Shown here piece by piece: positions 17,277-26,781 of a stretch of DNA of 32,000 bases. Each line of letters starts with the position of its first letter. The first letter of the stretch is position 1. The stretch is from Erysipelotrichaceae bacterium MTC7 (lineage in GTDB: Bacteria > Bacillota_I > Bacilli_A > Erysipelotrichales > Erysipelotrichaceae): positions 1 to 32,000 of the forward strand of contig LVZN01000011.1 of NCBI GenBank assembly GCA_001695645.1. The letters are read 5' to 3'. Made by a program: the position numbers and the translations under genes. The notes below the pieces were generated by a model. The model saw nothing but the letters and a program-made list of their open reading frames with translations, was not told where the DNA came from and did not search any database.

Positions 17277-17519
17277 TTGTAACAGTTCATAAAAAATCAC
17301 AAGGATCATCAATATGGATAGTACGATACGAACCACCTTATAAGGTTTAGGTAATTGACTTCGCATATCCAAATACAATTTATAGATAACCATCACAAAC
17401 AATAGCAGCAACACAGCATAAAAGAAAATTCCATGATAGTTGAAATACATGCAGATGGCTGCCAAGATTAATGTGAAAAATACGGCATAGGTCATGACTT
17501 GTTCTTTAATAAATTTCAT
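17274..17519 (-). CDS. Small 3-TM membrane protein (81 aa)
   Basis: Start at MKFIKEQ with AGAGGAA 6 nt upstream. Hydrophobic helices; I recognise no family. Confidence 0.5.
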   Translation of the reverse strand: MKFIKEQVMTYAVFFTLILAAICMYFNYHGIFFYAVLLLLFVMVIYKLYLDMRSQLPKPYKVVRIVLSILMILVIFYELLQ

Positions 17520-17578
17520 ACAAAGTTCCTCTTGCTTATAGTTTATCATAGTTATGAATACTTATACTATAAAAATTG

Positions 17579-17606
17579 TTGACATTTAGTGACTTTTCGT
17601 TATAAT
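17579..17606 (+). promoter_or_regulatory. Sigma-A promoter of the marR-ABC operon
   Basis: TTGACA-16 nt-TATAAT. Confidence 0.6.
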
Positions 17607-17627
17607 TAGTTGAGTCGTCAACTAATT
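17604..17627. promoter_or_regulatory. Candidate MarR operator (10-4-10 perfect inverted repeat)
   Basis: AATTAGTTGA-gtcg-TCAACTAATT overlaps the last 3 nt of the -10 hexamer and the predicted transcription start. Confidence 0.55.
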
Positions 17628-17638
17628 GGGAGGAAGTT

Positions 17639-18076
17639 ATGCAAAAAAATATCGGACGTTTAGTGTCGATTGTCTATCGAAAACGGCAGTCCATTATCAA
17701 TTCACTTTTTCAAGAAGAAAACTTACCAAATGCCGAAGTAAGTATTCTACTACATCTCTATGGAAATGATGGTCTTTCACAAGAAAAACTGACCAAATAT
17801 CTTTCCATTGATAAAGCGGCCATTGCCCGTAGCATTTCCTCGTTAGAGACAAAAGGATATCTCCGTCGTGTCAAAAATCCAAAAGACAAACGCGAATATC
17901 AAATTCATTTAACCAAGCTTGGTATGGATTCGGAAGTGCTTGTCAAAGGAAAACTTGATCGATTAAATGAATCACTGCTTGATGGGGTTTCACAAAAAGA
18001 TATCGACATCGCCTACGATGTGCTAACAAACATCGTCAACAATCTTGGAATCAAACTCCAAGAGGAAAGGAAATAA
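17639..18076 (+). CDS. MarR-family transcriptional regulator
   Basis: Winged HTH (LSQEKLTKYLSIDKAAIARSISSLETKGYLRRVKNPKDKRE). RBS GGGAGGAA. Confidence 0.85.
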   Translation: MQKNIGRLVSIVYRKRQSIINSLFQEENLPNAEVSILLHLYGNDGLSQEKLTKYLSIDKAAIARSISSLETKGYLRRVKNPKDKREYQIHLTKLGMDSEVLVKGKLDRLNESLLDGVSQKDIDIAYDVLTNIVNNLGIKLQEERK

Positions 18077-18077
18077 T

Positions 18078-19823
18078 ATGATAAAAACCTTAAGTAAAAG
18101 TATCAGAGAATATAAAAAAGATTCCATCAAAACGCCAATTTATGTTTCTTTAGAAGTCATTATTGAATGTTTTATTCCGTTTCTTATCGCCTCTTTGGTC
18201 AATGAAATTAAAGCGGGAACCAATATTTCACATCTACTGTTTCAAGGAATCTTCTTGGTCATTCTTGCAGGTGTTTCCTTAACCTTAGGAACCTTATCGG
18301 GTTATGCTTGTGCCAGTGCATCTTGTGGGTTTGCCAAAAACCTACGTAAAGATATGTACTACAACATTCAAAACTTTAGTTTTGCCAACATCGATCGTTT
18401 CTCGACATCATCACTGGTAACCCGACTAACAACGGATGTAACCAATGTGCAAATGGCATATATGATGATCATTCGTACTGCGGTTCGTGGACCGATTATG
18501 ATTGTCTTTGCCTTTGTGATGGCGTACATCATGGGTGGAAAAATGGCGTTCGTTTATTTGTTTACTGCACCTGTGCTTGGTTTTGGATTATTCTTTGTGA
18601 TGCGCAAAACCATTCCAATTTTCAAACGTGTATTTAAAAAATACGACAAACTAAACTCATCTGTTCAAGAAAACGTAAAAGCCATTCGCGTGGTAAAAGC
18701 GTTTGTTCGTGAAGATTACGAAATGACAAAGTTTGAAAGTGCTGCTACAAGTGTAACAGCTGACTTTACCAAAGCCGAACGCATTCTTGCTTGGAATGCA
18801 CCAATCATGCAATTCTGTATTTACTTTATGATGATTTTTGTCTTAACTGTAGGATCTTATACAGTGATTACCAGTCGTGGAATGGATTTGGATGTTGGAC
18901 AAATGTCGGCATTGCTTACCTATTCAATGATGATTTTAAACTCCTTAATGATGCTATCGATGGTCTTTGTTATGATCACCATGGCAGATGAATCAAGTCA
19001 CCGTATCGTTGAAGTACTAAACGAAAAAACAACCATTGATGAAAACGTCGATGGGCTTACGGATGTTAAAGATGGTTCGATTGATTTTAATGATGTTAAT
19101 TTTGCTTACTCATCACACGCGCAAAAGATGGCGTTAAGCGATGTCAATTTACACATTGCTTCTGGTCAAACCGTGGGAATTGTTGGTGGTACAGGTAGTT
19201 CCAAAACAACACTTGTGCAACTGATTGCGCGTTTGTACGATGTCACAACCGGAACGGTAAAAGTGGCTGGTACAAATGTTAAAGACTACAACCTCGATGC
19301 TTTGCGCAATCAAGTATCAATGGTCTTACAAAAGAACGTATTGTTCTCAGGTACGATTAAAGATAACCTACGTTGGGGAAACGAACATGCAACAGATGAA
19401 GAAATGATCGAAGCATGTAAACTTGCGCAAGCAGATGAGTTTATCTCACGCTTCCCTGAAGGATACGATACGTACATCGAGCAAGGTGGAACGAACGTTT
19501 CTGGTGGACAAAAGCAACGACTTTGTATCGCTCGTGCCTTATTGAAAAAACCAAAAATCTTAATTCTTGATGATTCAACTAGTGCTGTTGATACCAAAAC
19601 CGATGCGCTAATTCGTCAAGGGTTTGAAAAGTTTATTCCCGATACAACAAAAATCATCATTGCCCAACGAATTGCTTCAGTTGAAGACAGTGATCTAATT
19701 ATTGTTATGGATAGAGGAAAAGTTCATGCAACTGGTACACACGATGAACTGCTTGCAAACAATGAGCTTTACCAAGAAATTTATTACTCACAAAACAAGA
19801 AAGGAGAAGTACTCGATGCATAA
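18078..19823 (+). CDS. ABC exporter half-transporter (TMD-NBD), degenerate-NBD subunit
   Basis: Six TM helices plus an NBD. Walker A GGTGSSKTT, signature VSGGQ, Walker B ILILDD followed by S (Asp in place of the catalytic Glu), and H-loop AQR in place of AHR. Confidence 0.9.
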   Translation: MIKTLSKSIREYKKDSIKTPIYVSLEVIIECFIPFLIASLVNEIKAGTNISHLLFQGIFLVILAGVSLTLGTLSGYACASASCGFAKNLRKDMYYNIQNFSFANIDRFSTSSLVTRLTTDVTNVQMAYMMIIRTAVRGPIMIVFAFVMAYIMGGKMAFVYLFTAPVLGFGLFFVMRKTIPIFKRVFKKYDKLNSSVQENVKAIRVVKAFVREDYEMTKFESAATSVTADFTKAERILAWNAPIMQFCIYFMMIFVLTVGSYTVITSRGMDLDVGQMSALLTYSMMILNSLMMLSMVFVMITMADESSHRIVEVLNEKTTIDENVDGLTDVKDGSIDFNDVNFAYSSHAQKMALSDVNLHIASGQTVGIVGGTGSSKTTLVQLIARLYDVTTGTVKVAGTNVKDYNLDALRNQVSMVLQKNVLFSGTIKDNLRWGNEHATDEEMIEACKLAQADEFISRFPEGYDTYIEQGGTNVSGGQKQRLCIARALLKKPKILILDDSTSAVDTKTDALIRQGFEKFIPDTTKIIIAQRIASVEDSDLIIVMDRGKVHATGTHDELLANNELYQEIYYSQNKKGEVLDA

Positions 19824-21705
19824 TCAATCTCATACAAGTGTCGCATGGCGACTGATTAAAACCGTATTCTCCTTTTATCCAGTGGCAATGCCAATTATGG
19901 TGGTTTGTATTGTCTTCAATGCCATCATTGGTAGTGTGCCTTCCATCTTTATGCAAAATGTCATCGCCATCATCGAACAAAACTGGGAACATGGCTCATG
20001 GTCTAGCGTCAGTGGTGAAATCATCAGTCTTGTGTCCATTTTGATTGCACTTTACGTACTTGCTTTACTTTCAAGTATTATCTTCAATCAAATGATGGCT
20101 GTTGTTTCGCAAGGGACTCTTCGTAAATTTCGCATCAAGATGTTTGAGAAAATGGAAAAACTACCCATTTCTTACTTTGATCAAAATCCACACGGAGACA
20201 TTATGTCTTACTATACAAACGATGTGGACACTTTACGTCAAATCATTTCGCAAAGTTTCCCCCAACTACTCATCTCCTCACTAACGGTTATTACCATCTT
20301 TGGTATCATGCTTTATTTCTCACTTTGGATGACAGCCGTTGTGGCCGTTGGTATTATCATCATGTTATATGTGACACGTAAGATTGCTGGAGGAAGTGCA
20401 AAATTCTTCCTACGCCAACAAAACGCGTTAGCCAAAGAAGAAGGTTTTGTGGAAGAGATGATGAACGGTCAAAAAGTCATCAAAGTCTTTACACATGAAA
20501 CACAAAGTAAAGAAGCCTTTGATGTCATCAACGAACAACTGTTCTCCGATTCACGGCAAGCCAACAAATATGCAAATACTTTAGCTCCAATCATTATGAA
20601 TATTGGAAACGTGTTGTATGTTGTAGCTGCCATCTTTGGTGGAATTTTCATTGTAGCTAATGTACAAAACATTTCATTTTCGGGACTGGCACTAAGTGTC
20701 AGTGTGGTCATTCCCTTCTTAAACATGACCCGTCAATTTTCAGGAAACATCAACCAAGTCAGTCAACAAGTAAATGCTGTAGTTATGGGACTTGCTGGTG
20801 CCCGCCGTGTCTTTGAACTCCTTGATCAAGAAGAAGAAAAAGATGAAGGATATGTAACTCTAGTGAATGCAAAAGAAGTCGATGGAAAACTTGTCCCATG
20901 CAAAGAACGTACTGGTATTTGGGCTTGGCAGCATCCCCACAAAGCCGATGGAAGTATTACCTACAAAAAAGTAGAAGGTGATGTACGACTGGTTGATGTC
21001 GATTTCGCTTATGTTCCAGGAAAAACGATTTTACATGATATTAGTCTATACGCAGAACCTGGGCAAAAAGTAGCGTTTGTTGGTTCAACAGGTGCTGGTA
21101 AAACAACCATCACTAACTTGTTAAATCGTTTCTACGATATCCAAAAAGGAAAAATACGTTACGATGGCATCAACATTGATAAAATCAAAAAATCCGATCT
21201 TCGTCGCTCCATTGGAATCGTGTTACAGGATACCAACCTATTCACCGATACCGTACTAGAGAATATCCGTTATGGAAAACTTGATGCAACGAATGAAGAA
21301 TGTATGATTGCTGCTAGACTTGCTGGTGCTGATGATTTCATCAGTCGTTTGCCAGATGGCTACAACACCATGTTAACAGGTGATGGAGCAAACTTAAGTC
21401 AAGGGCAACGACAACTAATCAGTATTGCCCGTGCAGCTGTTGCAGATCTTCCAGTTATGATTTTGGATGAAGCGACAAGTTCAATTGATACGCGCACCGA
21501 AGAAACCGTACAACGTGGTATGGACGCACTGATGTTGGGTCGTACCGTATTCGTGATTGCACACCGTTTATCAACAATTAAAAACGCTGATGTTATCATG
21601 GTGATGGAACATGGACGCATCATTGAACGTGGAAGCCATGAAGAACTACTTAAAGAAAAAGGAACCTATTATCAACTGTACACTGGTGCATTTGAACTAG
21701 AATAG
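19816..21705 (+). CDS. ABC exporter half-transporter (TMD-NBD), consensus-NBD subunit
   Basis: The start ATG overlaps the upstream stop (ATGCATAA) and has an AAAGGAG RBS. Walker A GSTGAGKTT, Walker B MILDEATS and H-loop AHRLST are canonical; the signature is LSQGQ, which is non-canonical. Confidence 0.9.
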   Translation: MHNQSHTSVAWRLIKTVFSFYPVAMPIMVVCIVFNAIIGSVPSIFMQNVIAIIEQNWEHGSWSSVSGEIISLVSILIALYVLALLSSIIFNQMMAVVSQGTLRKFRIKMFEKMEKLPISYFDQNPHGDIMSYYTNDVDTLRQIISQSFPQLLISSLTVITIFGIMLYFSLWMTAVVAVGIIIMLYVTRKIAGGSAKFFLRQQNALAKEEGFVEEMMNGQKVIKVFTHETQSKEAFDVINEQLFSDSRQANKYANTLAPIIMNIGNVLYVVAAIFGGIFIVANVQNISFSGLALSVSVVIPFLNMTRQFSGNINQVSQQVNAVVMGLAGARRVFELLDQEEEKDEGYVTLVNAKEVDGKLVPCKERTGIWAWQHPHKADGSITYKKVEGDVRLVDVDFAYVPGKTILHDISLYAEPGQKVAFVGSTGAGKTTITNLLNRFYDIQKGKIRYDGINIDKIKKSDLRRSIGIVLQDTNLFTDTVLENIRYGKLDATNEECMIAARLAGADDFISRLPDGYNTMLTGDGANLSQGQRQLISIARAAVADLPVMILDEATSSIDTRTEETVQRGMDALMLGRTVFVIAHRLSTIKNADVIMVMEHGRIIERGSHEELLKEKGTYYQLYTGAFELE

Positions 21706-21706
21706 C

Positions 21707-21736
21707 AAAAAAGGATTCTTCGCGAATCCTTTTTTT
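21707..21736. terminator. Bidirectional terminator
   Basis: AAAAAAGGATTC-ttcgc-GAATCCTTTTTTT lies between the convergent ABC and HAD genes. Confidence 0.65.
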
Positions 21737-22397
21737 ATATCCATTGGTTATTCTCTATATATGCTTTTGCATCAAGTAATGACTTTGCAATATAGATCGC
21801 TTGTTTCTTTTGTATATCAGTAGCTAGTAGTAAATCAGGAACCATAATACATGGAATGCCTGCACGATATGCCGCTTCTACTCCTAAGTGCGAATCTTCT
21901 AAAATAAGTGCATGGTTCTTTTCTACACCTAAACAATCCACGATTGTGTTATACATCTCTGGATCTGGTTTACGTTTACTGACTTCATTACCACATAGGA
22001 TGTAGCAAAATTCATCAAAGAGATCTACTCGCTTTAAGCGTTCATCATTCAGTTCACGCTTTGTTGATGTTCCTACTGCAACCTTCACACCATGAGCTTT
22101 CAGATATGCAATAAGTTCTCTTGCTCCTGGTTTTACTTCCAGTTCTTGTTCCAATAGTTTCATTCCCGTCTCACGAACATCATCTAAGATTGCAAGTGGA
22201 TCATTTTGGTCTTTTAATTCTTCTAGCATAATTGCTTCTACTACAGTGCCAGTATGCCCAACACATTTATAAAATACTTCATCACTTAAGCGCTCAATAT
22301 TGTACTTTTTCCCAATCAGTTGCCATGCTTTTTGCCATACACTTTCCGTGTCTAGCAATAACCCATCAACATCAAATATAACTAACTCTAAACTCAT
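21735..22397 (-). CDS. HAD-IA family phosphatase (beta-phosphoglucomutase-like)
   Basis: Motif I FDVDGLLLDTE, motif II GTST, and the K...EDS/GxxA motifs. The start at MSLEL has an AAGAGGG RBS. Confidence 0.8.
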   Translation of the reverse strand: MSLELVIFDVDGLLLDTESVWQKAWQLIGKKYNIERLSDEVFYKCVGHTGTVVEAIMLEELKDQNDPLAILDDVRETGMKLLEQELEVKPGARELIAYLKAHGVKVAVGTSTKRELNDERLKRVDLFDEFCYILCGNEVSKRKPDPEMYNTIVDCLGVEKNHALILEDSHLGVEAAYRAGIPCIMVPDLLLATDIQKKQAIYIAKSLLDAKAYIENNQWI

Positions 22398-22433
22398 GAT
22401 AACCCTCTTTTTCTCTTTCAAGTATAGCAGTTC

Positions 22434-23291
22434 TTAGACATGCAAACAATCTTCAGTTTTTTCTTGATTATGCATATTCACTTTTTCCATACAGACATTT
22501 ACGAGTAAAGCACAAATCATCAAGCATGCACCAATCGCTGCCGTAAATGTAAATGACTCATGTAAAAATAGAAGCCCCCATAAAGACGTAAATAGTATTT
22601 CTGACATACAAATTACGTTTGCAGTAAATGCATTTGTGGTTTGAATACCTTTGGTAAAAAAGAAACCAGATAATCCATTTTGGATAATTCCAACAACCAA
22701 AATTAATGGAAGTTTAGGTAAAGCAAGAACAACTAATTCGCCTTGATATGCACATACTCCAAGAATGATATTTATCATAAATGCAAAAATCAATGCACTG
22801 TATGGATGTGCTTGATTCTTTGTATTGAGATAGAATTGGAGCCCAAAGAAAGCACCAGAAATAATTGCTAATGCATTTCCTACCATACCTCCTGCTTCTA
22901 AACTATCAACAAAGAATATTCCAATTCCTAAAAACGCGAGTAAAATTACACCAATTTGATATGGCTTTGGCATTTTACGATGATCAATACTTTGATAGAT
23001 CAATACAAAAATCATGGAACTATACTGTAAGACAATTGCATTAGAAATACTTGTATTTTGATTGGCATATACAAAAGTTACCTGCATGAGCACTTGGCAA
23101 ATGGCACATATGATAATAAAAAGACTGCACTTTATTGGGGCTTTTCGGTGGATCAGTAAGGTGAAAAGTAATGCGATAATACTTGTACTTCCTGATATAA
23201 CAATACCAGGAAGGTCTAAGAACCTTACAAATAATCCTGAAGTACTCCAAAAAATAGCAGTCAAAAAGATATAAATTTTACCTTTATCCAT
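22434..23291 (-). CDS. EamA/DMT-family permease
   Basis: About 10 TM helices in two EamA-like halves. The ATG overlaps the IIA stop (TGATG). Confidence 0.75.
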   Translation of the reverse strand: MDKGKIYIFLTAIFWSTSGLFVRFLDLPGIVISGSTSIIALLFTLLIHRKAPIKCSLFIIICAICQVLMQVTFVYANQNTSISNAIVLQYSSMIFVLIYQSIDHRKMPKPYQIGVILLAFLGIGIFFVDSLEAGGMVGNALAIISGAFFGLQFYLNTKNQAHPYSALIFAFMINIILGVCAYQGELVVLALPKLPLILVVGIIQNGLSGFFFTKGIQTTNAFTANVICMSEILFTSLWGLLFLHESFTFTAAIGACLMICALLVNVCMEKVNMHNQEKTEDCLHV

Positions 23292-23713
23292 CAATCATCA
23301 AATGGATCATCTTCACTTGCTGATGCAGTAAACATGCCAACTTGTTCCTTACCGATTGTAGATACTTGTGCCAAAATCGTATCAATGTCTTCTTCCATAC
23401 TCACTTTTACTGCAGTATCTAATAACATTCCTAGATTACATCCATAAAATACATGATACTTTTCTTCTTGCATCGCTTTCATAATAGCAGCATTAAATGG
23501 AGACCCACTTAATAAATCCGCAAAAACGATTACATGCTCATAGTCTTTCATGCATACATATGCTTCATCTAAGTTTTTCTGTAATTCTGTCGCAGTGTCT
23601 GTGCTAGGAAAATCGACCGTATATACATGTGGTTGATTTCCCATAATCACTTCAAGTGCACTTTTAAATCCACTTGGTAAATGACCATGTCCAATAATTA
23701 ATATTCCAATCAT
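23291..23713 (-). CDS. PTS mannose-family EIIA
   Basis: MIGILIIGHGHLPSGF with the phospho-His in GHG. 140 aa. Confidence 0.85.
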   Translation of the reverse strand: MIGILIIGHGHLPSGFKSALEVIMGNQPHVYTVDFPSTDTATELQKNLDEAYVCMKDYEHVIVFADLLSGSPFNAAIMKAMQEEKYHVFYGCNLGMLLDTAVKVSMEEDIDTILAQVSTIGKEQVGMFTASASEDDPFDD

Positions 23714-24369
23714 ACTGATAATTCCTCAACATATTCTTTAATTTCTAATAAATCTTGAATCACGTGATCTGCTTTTCTATTATCATGCCTAATCACTCGA
23801 TCTTCAAGAGCTAATACAAAAAGTCCTGCTTGTTTTGCTGCTTGAATACCATATACAGAATCTTCAACAACAACGATATCCTCTCGATTTGCTTTCATTT
23901 TTTGAATCATTGTTTCATAGATTTCTGGATGTGGTTTGGTTTGTGTAAAATCTTCTCCACTTAGTATATATGTAAAGTATGAACGAATCTTACATGCATC
24001 CAATACCTCAAGTATATTGTCCATTGGCGATGATGATGCAAGTCCAATTACTATTTGATGTTCACTAAGGTAAGCTAGGATTTCATCAACTCCTGGCTTT
24101 TTAATTTTACTGTAGTCAACTGGATGTTGCACAAAGAATGCATCTTTGCGTTTACGTGTTTCTTCAATTGAAAGATTGAGAAAGGAAGAAATTAAAATGT
24201 CTTCCTTTTCTCGTGATGAACCGACAAGTTCGAGCATATCTTCAACAGTTTTATATACTCCTTGCTCGTGTAGAAACTGTACAAAAAGTTCTAAATACAC
24301 GATTTCACTATTAATGAGTACACCATCCATGTCGAATACTACATAGTGTTTTTTATTCAAAGTGTGCAA
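23710..24369 (-). CDS. HAD-IA family phosphatase
   Basis: Motif I FDMDGVLINSE, LASSS, and K...EDSVYG. Only TTG starts are available (24369 or 24360). It overlaps the SIS gene end and the IIA start (ATGA). Confidence 0.75.
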   Translation of the reverse strand: MHTLNKKHYVVFDMDGVLINSEIVYLELFVQFLHEQGVYKTVEDMLELVGSSREKEDILISSFLNLSIEETRKRKDAFFVQHPVDYSKIKKPGVDEILAYLSEHQIVIGLASSSPMDNILEVLDACKIRSYFTYILSGEDFTQTKPHPEIYETMIQKMKANREDIVVVEDSVYGIQAAKQAGLFVLALEDRVIRHDNRKADHVIQDLLEIKEYVEELSV

Positions 24370-25438
24370 GTGGGTCTTTAAATGGATTCACACATGTATC
24401 AATACCAATGTCTTTTGCCCCCTTAGCTGCAACAAATTGACAAGGTACTGTGTAAGCAATTGGTGCTAAATATTTGTTTGCTTTATATGTGAATTTTACA
24501 TCGCGTGCATCTGTTTGCGTATCTTGACAAGTAATCAAATGTACTCTAGGTGTGTACTTTTTAAATACTTCTCTAAAATGTAACATGCGTTCGTATTCTT
24601 TATCATCTGAACCAAACATAATGATTGTTTGTTTGTCTGTTAATCCCATTGTTGGTCCATGAACAAACTCTTCCATCTCATAACCAATCGTTGGTATACG
24701 TAACATTTCTCCAATTTTCAACATTCCTTCCAAAGCTGATCCAAAGTCCACTCCATATCCTAAAACAAAGATGCGATCACTGTTTACGATAGTTGTTTTA
24801 TTTGCTTCATACCATGCTTCACTTTCTTCGATAACTGATTGAAAGTTTGCTGTAAAATCATCAACTTCTGCTAGCGCATGTTTATATGTTTCATCATCAT
24901 ACACACCCCAACTGTGTGCTGTTGCAATAGCCCACATATATAAAGTTAGTAACGTAACCGTATATCCTCTTGTTTCTGGTGGAGTTAATTCTTTTCCACA
25001 AAGTAGGTCGATAACTGTATCTACGTGTTTTGTGATTTCACTATCTAATGCTTCTGTTAGAGCAATGGTTTGATATCCTTGTTCTTTCGCATATTTCATC
25101 ACATTTACTGTTGAAATTGATGTTCCTGATTGACTAATCCCCACAAATAGAATTTCATCATTTTCTAATGTATATGTCCAATCTGCTTTTTCATAGTTTT
25201 CAAATACGGTTGGGTACTCTGCACGTGCATCGATACCAACAATATGCTTGAAATAATATGAAGCGACAACTGCAGCATTGTAACTAGTTCCTGAACCAAA
25301 GAACAGAATCTTTTTTACTTTTTTATCTGCTAGTTTATTTACAAATGGTACTGTATATACCTCGTGATCTTTAAACGCCGCTTGTAACGCTCTAGGTTGA
25401 TCTTTCATATAACCTAATACTGTTGCTTTTTCCATCAT
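24353..25438 (-). CDS. Double-SIS-domain sugar-phosphate isomerase/deglycase-like enzyme (FrlB/AgaS/GlmS-C-like)
   Basis: The first SIS domain has FFGSGTSYNA and GISQSGTSISTV. The second has VLGYG and EFVHGP. Confidence 0.75.
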   Translation of the reverse strand: MMEKATVLGYMKDQPRALQAAFKDHEVYTVPFVNKLADKKVKKILFFGSGTSYNAAVVASYYFKHIVGIDARAEYPTVFENYEKADWTYTLENDEILFVGISQSGTSISTVNVMKYAKEQGYQTIALTEALDSEITKHVDTVIDLLCGKELTPPETRGYTVTLLTLYMWAIATAHSWGVYDDETYKHALAEVDDFTANFQSVIEESEAWYEANKTTIVNSDRIFVLGYGVDFGSALEGMLKIGEMLRIPTIGYEMEEFVHGPTMGLTDKQTIIMFGSDDKEYERMLHFREVFKKYTPRVHLITCQDTQTDARDVKFTYKANKYLAPIAYTVPCQFVAAKGAKDIGIDTCVNPFKDPLAHFE

Positions 25439-25450
25439 TTGAACCCTCTC

Positions 25451-25933
25451 TTATTTCTTAAAGTCTTCTGTTATTTCTTCTCTTGGTTCACTTGGAACCA
25501 TTTGTGAGAATACTTTCACCCCATATGTGTTGACTAATTCTTCAAAGTCCGCTTTTTCTTCAGGACTTACAAAGACCGTTTTCTTTATTTGTTTTGCATC
25601 ATCTTTGGTTGACATATTACCAATAGTGATTTCGTTAACTACATATCCGTTTTTTGCCATTTCTAAAATTGGTTTTGGGCGATTACAAAGAATCAACACA
25701 CGAATTCCTTCATCGATTTTACGGATAAATTTATCTGCTGCTTTCTCTGGTGAAAAGATTGAAAGCTTACTTCTTGCTGGTGTACCAAACTTCAATGCAG
25801 TTTTTCTTGCTTCATCATTCACAATAACATCATCAACAATTGCAATTCTTTCTACATTAAAATGTGGAATCCAAAATCCTACTACTTGACCGTGTATCAA
25901 ACGATCATCAATGCGTACATCTACGATTGCCAT
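25451..25933 (-). CDS. PTS mannose-family EIIB
   Basis: MAIVDVRIDDRLIHGQV carries the phospho-His motif. 160 aa. Confidence 0.9.
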   Translation of the reverse strand: MAIVDVRIDDRLIHGQVVGFWIPHFNVERIAIVDDVIVNDEARKTALKFGTPARSKLSIFSPEKAADKFIRKIDEGIRVLILCNRPKPILEMAKNGYVVNEITIGNMSTKDDAKQIKKTVFVSPEEKADFEELVNTYGVKVFSQMVPSEPREEITEDFKK

Positions 25934-25945
25934 AATATCTCCTTC

Positions 25946-26779
25946 TTATAAAATTCCTACAACTCCACAAATGAATCCAACAACACAGATTCCAAAAATA
26001 ATTTTCATTACGCCAATTTTTTTGCGTAGACATCCATAAATCGTTAGTGTTGCAAGTAGTGGTAATAACTTAGGAACGATTTGATCTAAGTATTCTTGTA
26101 AGACGATTTCACTACCAGAGATCGTAAAGGCCAATGGTGAAGTAATATCTACCCAAGAAGCGATCATACATCCAATAGCTGCTGCCCCAACAATACCCGC
26201 ACAGAATGTAAATAATTCCATTTTTCCGCTAGATTCTAAATCATTTAATAATTGACTACCATTTTTATATCCAAGTTTTAAACCAAACCAACGTGTTGCA
26301 AAGTTTGGAATATTGAATAATAGTAACAACATAATTGGTCCTAATGCATTTCCATCTTGAGCAAATGATACCCCGATCGCACAAGCGATAATTCTAAAAA
26401 TACCCCAGAAGAATGTATCTCCAATTCCACTAAGTGGTCCCATTAAAGCAACCTTAATTGAGTTAATTGTTGTTACATCAAAGTCTTCATCTTTTTTTGC
26501 TAACTCTTCCATTGCAATAGTAATTCCCATTACAAATGGTGCAGGTGCAACTGTCATGTTGAAAGCTGCAATATGTCTATGACAAGCGGCTTTTAAACCT
26601 TCTTCATCATCTTTGTATATTTTTTTTAAAGCTGGAAGCATGGCATATAAATATCCAAGACCTTCCATACGTTCATAGTTGAAAGAACCTAGTAAGGTAA
26701 ATGAACGCCAGAAAATTGAACGAAAATCTTTTTTGGTAATGTTGTTTTCAACACTGATTAGATCTGTATTCTTTGCCAT
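25946..26779 (-). CDS. PTS mannose-family EIID
   Basis: FWRSFTLLGSFNYERMEGLGYLYAMLP is the signature. The start at MAKN has a GGGAGG RBS. Confidence 0.9.
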   Translation of the reverse strand: MAKNTDLISVENNITKKDFRSIFWRSFTLLGSFNYERMEGLGYLYAMLPALKKIYKDDEEGLKAACHRHIAAFNMTVAPAPFVMGITIAMEELAKKDEDFDVTTINSIKVALMGPLSGIGDTFFWGIFRIIACAIGVSFAQDGNALGPIMLLLLFNIPNFATRWFGLKLGYKNGSQLLNDLESSGKMELFTFCAGIVGAAAIGCMIASWVDITSPLAFTISGSEIVLQEYLDQIVPKLLPLLATLTIYGCLRKKIGVMKIIFGICVVGFICGVVGIL

Positions 26780-26781
26780 AA

